This document shows positions 40,018-51,948 of a stretch of DNA of 64,000 bases, one piece after another. Positions within the stretch are counted from its first letter, which is position 1, and every line of letters begins with the position of its first letter. The DNA is from Bigelowiella natans CCMP2755 (lineage: Eukaryota > Protista > Cercozoa): positions 1-64,000 of the forward strand of contig ADNK01002608.1 in the NCBI GenBank assembly GCA_000320545.1. The letters run 5' to 3'. The notes beneath the pieces were generated by a model. That model was not told the origin of the DNA. It did not search any database and saw only the letters and a list, made by a program, of their open reading frames with translations. Both the position numbers and the translations under genes were made by a program.

Positions 40018-42689
40018 TTAAGGAGCAAATAAATGGACATCATCCTCGTAGTTATCTGGCCTTCCATTTGAACTAGTGCGAGCTTCTACGTCTACATTTT
40101 TTGCGCTTTTATCATTAGAAAAATTATAATTAGTACGACTCCTCTTATCTGGAAAGTCTTCTTCACGAACGTCGTTGCCAACATCGGGGATACTACTGTG
40201 CGTAGGCATGCCCAAATCATTGGATCTATACTGCTGCTGCTGCTGCTGCTGCTGCTTGTATAGCACATGCTTCTCTTCTGCCTCGAAGCTCGTTGGGGTA
40301 CGAAAGATAGATGCGTCATCATCACCTTTGCTGTCAGCATTATCATCAGCATAGTTGGGTCTGCTGCTCTGTGCAGAATCGTCCACGCTCTGCTCACCTC
40401 TGGTGGTGGTGGAAGAAGGTGGTTTCCAAGAACCGCTCCTTGCCGCTGCTGCAGCTGCTGCAGCTGGATTCATAACTCCTGAATATTGCACATAATTAGG
40501 GCATTTCTACGGTGATAAGTTAACCCCCCCTCAACCTCCCAATTGTTAGTTATTGATTCGTGTTGCCCACCACCTTCTTCGTCGTTTAACGGCAGGAATG
40601 AGTCCCTCGGAAAAACAGGACGAGGCAGTGTCTTGCTCAGTGATTCTAGGAGGCTATCCGTACTCCCTCTCAAACGTGATGCTGCATTCTGCTGCTCCTG
40701 CTGCTGCTCTGATTTGTAAGCTGGATTGTTGTTTTCCGCCGAAGAAGACATCGTACCATCGCTCTCTCCTCCTCCTGTAAAAGATTCTCGTTCCTCCTTC
40801 CCTTCTTTATTCAGGTTTTCACGAAATTTCATCGGTTCTCCAGTTGCGTAAGGTCCCTATGACAGTATTATTATAATTATTGTCATTGTTGTTGTTTGTA
40901 TGAAAGAAAAAGCAGCAGCATCAACAACACGCTGAATAACTATATTTAGTAGTGCATCCGAAAATGCATGGATAAGGGTAGCATAATGTGATGAAAATAA
41001 CCGTGGCTGAAAACTTATACTCTGCATTCGGTTCTGGTGGTGGGGGGGGGACAGGGGGTGGTGGAGGTGGAGGAGGTGGGGGAGGAGGCGGATAAAATCG
41101 CCCTGCACCCTGGAAACCGGTCTTCGGGGCATCTGGGGGCGCAAAAGGAGCGGGAGGCTTGGGAAGCGAGAACTACTCGTATGAATCCACAAGAAGATGA
41201 TCAGATTGAGAACCACAACACCAATGATGATGATGATGACAGTTATACCCTGGAGATGAATATTTTGTTCCCATATTATGCTTCTTCTTCTTCTTCTTCT
41301 TACCGATGACATCTCCGGTGCATCAGCCCATGGTGGTTGTATGTTCTTAACAGGCTTGTCCGCCTTGTAAGAGCCCCAGTCTCCTAATAAAGTAATGGTA
41401 GTAGAGGACGTATGAGGATCATGATGATGATGATGATCAGCAGCGGGCGGGGACATAGTTGCTATAGTAAGTAGCACACTGCTTTCTCTTGTCTTTTCTC
41501 ACCCCTCCTTGCTTCTTCCTGTTCTTGGATGAGAGACTCGGCTTGGACATGGAATCGTCGTGACTGGTGTTGCTGCTCTTGAAATCCGTTTCTGTTGAAA
41601 GAAAAGGAGGATTGTGGTGATAGGATGTCATCGTTATCATGATTCTGTCGAGCGGCTTCCATTCTAGAAGCTCTTGTTTCAGCAGCGAGACTGTCCTCCT
41701 CTTCAGCGATAACTTTCGCAGTTCCCATTCCTCTCTTTGCTACTCCTCGAGGGGGCTTCTTGTGTTTAACACGTGACCGATTATTGACCTCGAGAAGCAT
41801 CATCTTATTGCCACTTTGGTCCTCCTCCTCCTCCTCCTCCTCCTCCTCCTCCCTATCTAACCTTCTTTGTGTTGTGTCTTCTTTCAGTCTTCGACTTCTT
41901 TCTAGCACTTTTTCCGGTGAATCCACGATTATAGGCTTTATCATTCCGGGTTTATTGCTGCCGTGCTTTCTAGCATCATGCTCCGTGTCGATCTCCTCAC
42001 CCTCCCCTCCCTCCCCCCCCCGCTGCTGCTGCTGCTCCTGGTGGTGGCGGTGGTGGTTGTGCTTCATTATGTCGGTACTAGTATCTGTATTTTCATTCTC
42101 TATGTAATTAACATCTTGTGTGCTGCTGCTGCTGCTGCTGCTGCTGTCGTCTCCTTCTGGCTCGAGCACTCTCTGAGAAGAAAAGTCACGGGATGGGCCA
42201 GCATTTTGATGATGACCATGCCGATTATGAGAATGATGGCTGTTTTTGGGATGGCGGTGGTGATGACGGTGATGCTGAGTGAGTTTACTACTAAAATTGG
42301 GAAAGTAATGGGAAGCACGATTATGACTTGTAGGAGATGATTCGTGGGACGACGAAGTAGTAGCCATCGCCTTAACTAGATTTATGAGTTCCAGTCGGTC
42401 CATGGGTTTTGAGATCCGCACACCTTCTTCTTCTAAATAAGCCAGGAGTGCCTCTGATGACATTTCTTCGATTCCAGACGGCGATGATGATGATGATGAG
42501 GAGGAGGAGGCAGAAGAGGGGGACGATGGTGGAAAAGGAGAGACGATACCCACTTCTGGATAATATCCAGCTGCTGCAGGAGGAACACCAGCAGAAGGGT
42601 TGGAATGTTGTGAAGGTAGATGAGGTGGGGGTGGTGCTGACTGATACTGGTAGTGATAGTGTGGAGAAGGAGGGTTCCCACCCTGTTGG

Positions 42690-42728
<39 letters not shown>

Positions 42729-43338
42729 CTTTGTCCGGTATGTAATAATTCACCTAGTTATAATGAATCAATGATTAGGATGCAGAACAACTAGATGTGC
42801 ACTATAGCTACTATTGTATCTACTACTACTACTACCCACCATTGTAGCCATAGATCCCACCAGCCATTTGTTGCTGCTGCCCATTGATTTTATCTCCAGC
42901 GTAAGGTGGTGCTTTATAACTGTATGCTAAGAATCCGTGCTTATCGAAGTGGCCATTTTGTCGAACTCCAGACGGCATTTGCTGAGACGGCATTTGCTGA
43001 GACGGCAGTGGTGGCATCATTCTGGGTCCAGTAGCACCGCCACCAACAGCAGGAGGAGGAGGAGATGAGAAATATGCATTACCAGGGGGTGAAAAACGGG
43101 ATGGTTCAAATCTGTTTCGTTGGTTCCTTCTTTCATAGTACCGAACCTCGTTCCTGCTAGCTTCTAATGAAGGACGACTGTACCGGTTGTAGTTGTTAAA
43201 TTTACTGACTGAATCATAATACTCAACTCTAGCCTTCCCCTTTGAAGTGGCAGAAACCGTTTCCCCCTTGCACAAGGAGGAATAAGCTACAATAACCACA
43301 ATGATCCGTCGCAAGCCATCCATTAGGCTGCTGTTCAT
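40018..43338 (-). CDS. Large low-complexity hypothetical protein with N-terminal signal peptide
   Basis: Long stop-free exons (42832-43338, 41462-42553, 40470-40832, 40018-40491) with a signal-like RIIVVIVAYSSLCKG and a short helix-extension-helix-like segment MSSEALLAYLEEEGVRISKPMDRLELINLVK. Confidence 0.65.
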
Positions 43339-43867
43339 GAAGAATAATTAGACGCCTTCTTCTTATTCTTCCTTCTCCTCCTTCTTCCAGTCTTCTTCCA
43401 CCCTCCCTCCAAGCAGAGTAAATTGCTGCTGCTGCCAAGAGGTGTCAATTCAAAATTCAAATCCTTACGCCAAGGATAAATTTACTAGTAAATCGATGGG
43501 GAATTATTATGTACGACATGCACAGACAGATGAATCAAGATTACGTTAACATTTGATTTGTCTTTCACGTGAAATGGCCTACATTTACGAAACTGCTTAA
43601 GACCCACTAACGTTTCTCCCCCCAACTTGGAGTTCTTATTCTTCTCAGTAACGCTCCATTGGCAGGAGGGGAGATAAGGTTATTGGGAGACATCTTTCAT
43701 GTCAACATTTACATTTACTTTTATACTTGTCATCCCGGGCAAGCAGCGACTTTTATCTCCACACAAAAGTGTTAATTCCAGGAATAATTTCTTTTCTCCA
43801 TAGAAGATGAGAGAGATGTGGTCCATTTCCACAGCCTTGAGTTTGATATGCTGACACATCCTTAGCT

Positions 43868-44912
43868 ATGCCGTTCTTCACCGCAAGCGAGGTCGCACAA
43901 CATAATGTAGAGGAGGATTGTTGGGTTTCCTTTTTCGGAAAAGTTTATAATCTCACGAAGTTAGCAGAAAGCAACAAAGGTAAATCCTGTTTAATATGTC
44001 GTAGATTTAGGCCACCGAAAATCTAATCAATACTAACCCTAATACTTCTCTTTCTCTAAATTCGTTTCCCTCTTTCCCTAATTTCTCCCCATTCTTCTCT
44101 AACACGTGAGTACTAGTACTCGTAGATTGAAATTGTTGGAAAATTGGCTGCATAATGACAGTAATTATAACCTCAGGAAATATATTGCTGAAGCCAATTC
44201 TCAGATTTGCAGGGGAGGACATTTCACATTGGTTCGATGAAAAAACAATGGAGGTCACCGATACTCATGTTTGCCTGTATGAACCTCCATACTTACATTT
44301 ATTCGTGTTACTAAAAGGTGAAAACATGTGAAGATCCAAAATCTGGAATCACAGTCCCATACGTTCCTTACGGAAGATTTCTACATGTACCTCCGAATGA
44401 ACCTGTCACAAGCTGGGCCACAGACTTCGTGACACCATGGTGGCAGGATGAGAAGAACTGCGTAGGTAGTATCGCTTATCAATATGTTGGTTGTCTGGGA
44501 TTTTCTTCGTTGTAGGTGAAAATTGATATCGACCTTGCATAATCCAGGAATTTTATCCAAGAAGCCAAGAAAGATTAGAGTTGTGAACACGTTGACCAGT
44601 CAAGACCACGAGCTAGAGGTCAACAAAAGCTATAACCAACATTCGCATAGAGAATGCAATCCCTTATATATTTCCCAATAGGTTGCATCGGAAGAAACGC
44701 TCATGGAAATTCAGAAAAGATATTTTGCAATCAACAAACACGCTGGAAGTTACACGTGGAAAAGATTGAAAAAGCCACTAAATATGCAGAAGACTCTAGA
44801 AGAGAACCACGTCTTTGATGAATCCGAGGAGATGAATAGATTGAGAATTGGAGAAAAGACTTATACGCCGACTTTACACATTTATTTCAACGATGATCTT
44901 TCTGTTGCCTGA
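43868..44912 (+). CDS. CYB5D1: Cytochrome b5 domain-containing protein 1 (axonemal)
   Basis: [91 protein letters not shown]. Confidence 0.95.
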
Positions 44913-45209
44913 TCTATATAGTGATGGCAACATGTAGGTAACACTTCAAATTTGTTTATGACAGCTGATCGTATCACCATAGTTCTATGTATTAACAAAA
45001 CAACGTTGGACGAAGTCTCAAATTGTAAGTCTTAGCTAACTACACATCATCGCTTCATGCAGCAAGCAAAGCGTAGCACATGATGTATACAATGTATGCA
45101 CAGTCGGGGCAAGCGATAGGCTGCAAAGTTCCACATGGAATTTTGGGCAGATTGCTAGCAAGTAGTACGCCGATGAGTCGTGGATGTCATCAGCTAGCAT
45201 AGTAAAAAC

Positions 45210-46045
45210 GCGCGTACGTCACACACATGCATGTCCCACCGACGATGTACATGCATGAGTTTGCACTCGATGTGATGTCACGCATGAGACGGATGACAAT
45301 GACCACAACGCGCTGTGCAATGAGTAGATCACATGCGCAAAATGCATGCCATGTCGATCCATGCGCTGACGATGATCACATGCTGGCTTGTACATGTGCA
45401 TGATCATTGCGCTGCAATGCGATGAACAAGAATTTTTTTGATTGTCATCCTGCTGGGCAAATGGGTGAGCAATTGTGGCTAGATGGGCTGTCCAACGCTG
45501 CGGCTCACGTGCTTGATCTCACGACAAGCTAGCAAGGCGGCCATGGCATGCCTCATGTTCGCTGATGTGCACCACACAGAAGTGCACGATGCAATCCATG
45601 CTGGCTAGCATGAACGGTGCAGCCGTGGCTTTCTAGCTTTCACATGGCTCTCAGCCAAAGCTGCATTGGGATGCCGATGAAACACTTTGTTCATTGAATC
45701 CGTCTCATGCATCGGCGGCTACGGCTGCATTGCACAATCTGAGTGCTGTGGTCGAAGCATTGCACTGCTACATCAGGATGACAATTGAAAATGTCAAGTG
45801 ATTCATCACATTCGTCTCACGCTGCACATTTTAGGTCATCATGCACCGTGCAAAATTGCTTTTCTAGTTTTGCATGTGTTGAACCATGGCAGTACACGAT
45901 GCCACTGCTCTAGCTTGGCATCTCAACAGGATCAATGAGCGAATCAACACCAATTGCTCACTTTCAAGCTGCGGCATGGGGGGATTGAGCAAGTCTAGTC
46001 TTCTAGAGCAGCCACAGGTGCACACGCGACATGTGCATGCACCGT
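45210..46045. other. Strongly TpA-depleted intergenic block, probably a decayed repeat
   Basis: Hand count of 16 TA in 45241-46045, 15 of them flanked by C/G on both sides; excess of TGCA, CATG and GCAC. Confidence 0.8.
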
Positions 46046-46079
46046 ACACATACGCACAAATAAGGGTAATCTAAGCAAT

Positions 46080-46775
46080 CTAATCCACTGAAAATATTTT
46101 ACCATTACACATATGTGGGCTGTTGAACTCGGTCATCTCACCGGCCTGGTTTTGCAGCAAAGGATAAATCATTATAAGCAATTTCATCATGTATATATAG
46201 ATATAGCATGTATATTTATTTACCAAGCTATACGATATTATTCCCATTACTATCTTGTAAGTCAGTTGTTATTCATCATGATTCATTGGTGACACCCCCC
46301 TCACTACGAACAATAAGCAATTAGACTCTTCGCAGAATCCAATATTTTCTGCGACATAATAATACCTTTTTACCAAGGACAGGAAACAAACGCGCTGTCA
46401 ATGGTTTATCCAGGCGATGTGCCAAGGCACTGCAGTCCATATACAGTGCTGCTATCTAGTAACAAGCAGGTGGTAAATAAAATAAGGCAGGATGATGATA
46501 ATAGCAAGTTTCAAGCGTCTAAGAGGAGAAACACAAAACTCTATGATAGTGTTATTGATAATAGGGTTATTGCTTGTGATGATGTCAATAGGAAGCCATC
46601 ATAATCATCATCATCATCATATCATCATCATAATCATCATCATAATCATTATTTTAGTTTCTAGCTGTTTACCTTTTCTTTGGGAGTATCTCCAGGAATC
46701 GGTACAGTATCCAGCCCAACTCCTGTAACAGTATTATCAGCGTCATCATCATTATTATTTATTATTATTCGTGGC

Positions 46776-46810
<35 letters not shown>

Positions 46811-47104
46811 GGAAAATTGCTGATTATCGTAGAGACAACATCGATTATGCTATATCGAGTTGCTCTTGTAGCGTGGAAAAATGCAAATATATGTCAACAA
46901 TATCACCACTACCACCACTACTTGTGCTGGTACATACGAGACGATAAGGAGACTCACCACATACAGCCGAATACAGTAGTAAGTCTTGAATTCGGTATCT
47001 GTGCGAATTATATGCGGCATCGATAGGATCAGGTGCCACCATCTTCAGAAAATCATACCGCAATGTGAGCTGTGTCTATATCTAGTTGATATACGTCTTT
47101 ATCA

Positions 47105-47139
<35 letters not shown>

Positions 47140-48525
47140 ATCTGCTGCTGCTGCACATGTGTGCATCATATATATGGAGTACATAATCATCATGATGATC
47201 ATCAATATGATGCTGGCTGCTACTACGTTTCCATTGCCATACTAGCCAAACCAGAGTCTTCTAGAGGTGGTAGCATTAAACCGCTATACCTAGTGTAAAG
47301 ATCGTAGGAAGGAGTAGTGAATGAGCAAAGCAGAATAATGATGATGATGATGATGATTATTATGATGATGATAATACGTAATCTATCTACAATATAGCTC
47401 AATGCACATTGCCATTAGTTTCTTCTTCTTCTTCTTCTTCTTCTTCTTCTTCTTCATATGAACCAGTACAGACCCTGCTTTTTTTACGTTGACACTTTTC
47501 ACAGCAGCAGTTATGATGCTACTGACACAGAGAGAGCCGCTCTGTCCGAATCTGATTGAGTTGAGCAAGAATTCATTTATGACACACAAACAAGTAGTAG
47601 GATGATGCATGCGAAGGCACATTGTTTCATCATCATCATCATCATCATCATCACTGTGTTCATGATCGTTACGCACTTTCCTAATCCCGCGGCTTTGTAT
47701 CCTTCCGTCTAAATTGGGGAGAGAGGAGCATGTGGGTCAGTGCTGATCAGGATGCAACTCACATGTGTTCCAACATCATTCCGTCGTTGTCGTTGTCATT
47801 TTCTCACCAAAGAAAGACGGGTTGGATTAGGAGCCACAGATCTAATTGCATGGTGATGATGATGTTTACGCCGATTAGAAGAAATTAAACCAATGAAGGA
47901 GGAGAGAGAAGCAGGAGGAAGTGTACGAATGATGCTGTGTTGATTGAAGCATCATCATCACATGATGAGGTGACTTGCAGTGTGTTGATTCTGTTGATGT
48001 TGTTGTTTCTGTGCAGTTTTTTTGCATTGCAACAATGCTACGTGTCGATCCCGTCGAAAGTCACTCCCATGTGGTTCGCATGCTCCTGAAGTCATCAATT
48101 TGCAAAGCACATCAGAACCACGAGCAGGATCATTCCTCCTCACAATGTCATCGTCATCGGGGAGAGAGAGAGAGTGAGAGAGAGAGACTCACTCAGTCCG
48201 TAACCAGAACATTGCTACCACTACCACTGCTACTGTCACTACTGCCACTGCTAGTCACTCAGTCAGTGACCAGAACATCACTGCCACTGCTGCTACAACA
48301 ACAACAACAACTACTACTACCACTACTACCAACAACAACAACTGCTACTACTGCTGCTACTCTTGGAAGAGCGCTACATGAGCACCTTTCCAACTTGTTC
48401 GATGATTTTCATGTCATGTTCCAGTGCATTTACAATGCTTTTCTGCATGTTCCCCAGCTCGTTTGGCGCAAGTTTGCCCTTTTCTTCGCATGTTTTCATT
48501 GCATGAGACACAACCTGAAAAGACG

Positions 48526-48558
<33 letters not shown>

Positions 48559-48748
48559 CCGGTGACAATCTGTCATTGTCATCATCATTCTTCCTCTGGT
48601 TTTCCAAGATGCTACCATCACAATGACGATATTATTGTCCACCACCACCACCACCACCACCACCAAACTACAGCAACATGTTACATTTTATTCTGTTTGT
48701 TCTCCTCCATGTTTCTTGTTCATCTTGAACTACAAATGATCCATGATC

Positions 48749-48779
<31 letters not shown>

Positions 48780-48972
48780 TTGTTGACTAGTACCGGAGTG
48801 CTTTCACACCCAATAGCGAACGACATCGGCCCTCTAAAACAGCAGCAGAATGACAACATCAATAGCAATAATATCATCATAATTTCATTAAAAAAGGTAA
48901 ATAGCAGTAGTTATATGCAACACAGTGATGACTGAACGTACGAGTTCTTCCTTTGGAATTCAATATCATCAC

Positions 48973-49004
<32 letters not shown>

Positions 49005-49804
49005 ATTTTGACACTCACACAAACACTGCCATCACCATCAGCATCACTATAGTGATGTTTACGGCAACACCTTCACGTCATCACCTACACTTATAATATG
49101 TGTATGTGTGTGTTCATGATTGACCTATGATATCCAACTGGAAAATACGGAATATTTGACCTTATTAGACATCAATAGTATCAACATCTCAATATCTTCT
49201 AACGAAGAATGAGTGCAGCAAAAGTATGTTAATGATGTCCTTCAAGGAGAAAGAAGAAGAAGAATGACCACACAGCAGCGTGTGCGTGTGTTCCCCAAAA
49301 TGACTAATACGGAGCCCCATGCAGCATCATCACCTCGCATTGAAACTGACAGCAAGTTGGAAGTTTCCTATTCCTTTATCAGTCTCTTGAGAGATCCTGG
49401 AGAAGAAGAAAAGAAGTAGAAGAATAAGGAAGAGGAGAATGATGATGACAATGATGATGATGATGATGATTATGATGATGATGATCATATTTCTGATTGA
49501 TGAGAGGAGCCATATCGTACCGTTATGTAGCGGTACTAGTATTAAAATAATAATAAAAACAATAGTGATAATAATAACAATAATTAGCAGCAGTAACGTT
49601 GCATATAGAGAGATAATGTCACCTTAGACACACTTCCGCTGCTTTAAGTGCACGTTCGTAGTCAGGTGATGATTCCATAACCCCCCCCCCTATTAGAGGG
49701 ACAGGAATGGAGAGAGAGACCTTCGGAGACATTTTGACTATTTCAGGAATCACTTCTATTGAGCTGCTCCTAAATAAGATAGAGAGTAAATACCACGCAT
49801 CGTA

Positions 49805-49848
<44 letters not shown>

Positions 49849-49964
49849 AAACTACATAAGATTGCCGTAAATGATGAACTCTATTGGACGATGAATACAC
49901 TATCACTTTTTATCATCGCCTACAGCACCAATATTACTAAACAATATTACTACTACAGCTACCG

Positions 49965-49995
<31 letters not shown>

Positions 49996-50195
49996 AACGA
50001 CTACCGAGTTGCAGGACCAATACCGATGATCGGTATGCCTTCTGATAATATCGATGATGAGAATAAAAGGATCAATAATAGTGATTCACATCCAATGATG
50101 GAAAGCGACACATATGGCCAACATATATATACATATATATATATATATATGTATGTGTATATATATGTGTATATACATGTAATAACATGACACAT

Positions 50196-50237
<42 letters not shown>

Positions 50238-51160
50238 CCTAGCTCTGCTATAGTTAGTAAATCTCGGATGCCCTTCAAGATAGATTCTGGCCTTGACGTA
50301 TCCACGTACTCCTCAAAAGAATTCGTCGTAAGCCGTGTGCCCTGCACTTCGAACCCTTACCAAACAAAGTTAACGATGACGACGACGATAGGGATGATGA
50401 TGATGACGAAGGAGAAGATTAAGGAGGAGGGGAGGGGTGTCATTATGTAGCTGAAGATGTGTTTATGTGGTCGTTTCATATATAGTTTTAGGAGTTTGTT
50501 GTTAAATAATTTGACGAACCTTTCCTCTTCAGGGTATCAGATACTCTCTGGTTTACTTGAGCAGCCTTTATTTAAATGTTGATATGATGTATAAGTGTTT
50601 CATTTGCTTCTGCCAAGAATAGTGAGGAATAGCCAATGTCATTATCGCAATTATATTCTACAGTGCTAAACCACAGACAGCACCACAGCTTGGACCTTCT
50701 TTATTTCTTGGGACCATTGGCTTCTATTCTCCTTCTCAAGCAAGACACCTGTGGTTACTGTGCGTACCTGCGAATAATAGCAGCAGGAACCCACCCGTTA
50801 AGAGCACTGCTGCTCGCAGCTTGCTGTGAAGAGTCGTTACGCTACCACAATCGGGGGTGCTAAACCCAGTGAAGGAGGACTAGAGGAAGATAGGCTTCCA
50901 TAACTGCGCTTTGCCTCTGGTCTGAGGGTCACCCCCCCTCCAAAATAGACGTAGCCGCTGAGAGTGGCAGCAATTCCAAATCCCAGAAGCAAACTGCTGC
51001 TGTGCCTGGTGGTGCTCTTAGTCGTGCTGCTCACGATGCTGCTGGTTGAACTACTACACTGTGCACTGAATGGTGCTCTCCCGTAACGACGAAGTATTAA
51101 CGATGACGACTTACTACGGAAGAGACCGCGTGGCAGCGGCATCATCATCATCATCGGCAT
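46080..51160 (-). CDS. DUF711/UPF0210 family protein with mitochondrial-type presequence
   Basis: VRTVTTGV..GFEVQGTRLTTNSF..GNFQLAVSFN..IPYFPVGYH..FDGIDTSVAP..FGQSGSL..GYSGLMLPPLEDSGLA..DLLLYSAVCGVGLDTVPIPGD..RLDKPLTARLFPV. The N-terminus is Arg/Ser-rich and acid-free. Confidence 0.88.
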
Positions 51161-51186
51161 CCTTGTCCCAGGTGTCGTCGTCGTCG

Positions 51187-51388
<202 letters not shown>

Positions 51389-51948
51389 CAGTGTTGTTGT
51401 CAGTTTAACAGAATAACTAACTAACTAACATTAAATTTACCAGAATAAAAGCTTCAAACCTAAAAAATAGACGCCTCAAACAAAAGTAAAAAGAAAAAAG
51501 TTTATTAACTACAAGTCAAAAATTTTACTATGTTCTGCCATACAATTTTTGACTTTCGCAATGTCCGTCATGAGAGAACATCCACTATGAAAATCACTTC
51601 GGTGTAACAACATAGCTGGGAAGTCAAGGGCGCGAACAGAATAACTAAAACTCTAAAGTAACTAACCAACTAACTAACTGACGCTTCTAATTCTGTCCTG
51701 CGACATAATCAATTTAATAAGTCTGCTGATCATTTTATGGATTATTGTCGTAGGAAAAAAACCTCCTGTATTGTTGTTGTTGTTCTTTCCAAATACGAGC
51801 ACCACAAGCAGCTGCACGTGAGTATCTGCACCGTGGTAGGAGTGGGAGGGTGAAAGAAAGGAAGAAGGAACAAACAGAAGAAGAAGAATCGACGCCACCA
51901 CTGCCACTTGCCTACCCATCACGGGAAATATAAAATTTTCGACTGACC

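Noticed and set aside
45210-46045. Assignment of the TpA-poor block to a specific TE family (e.g. Helitron)
   Set aside because: The frames I translated by eye gave no convincing motif, so it is left unassigned.
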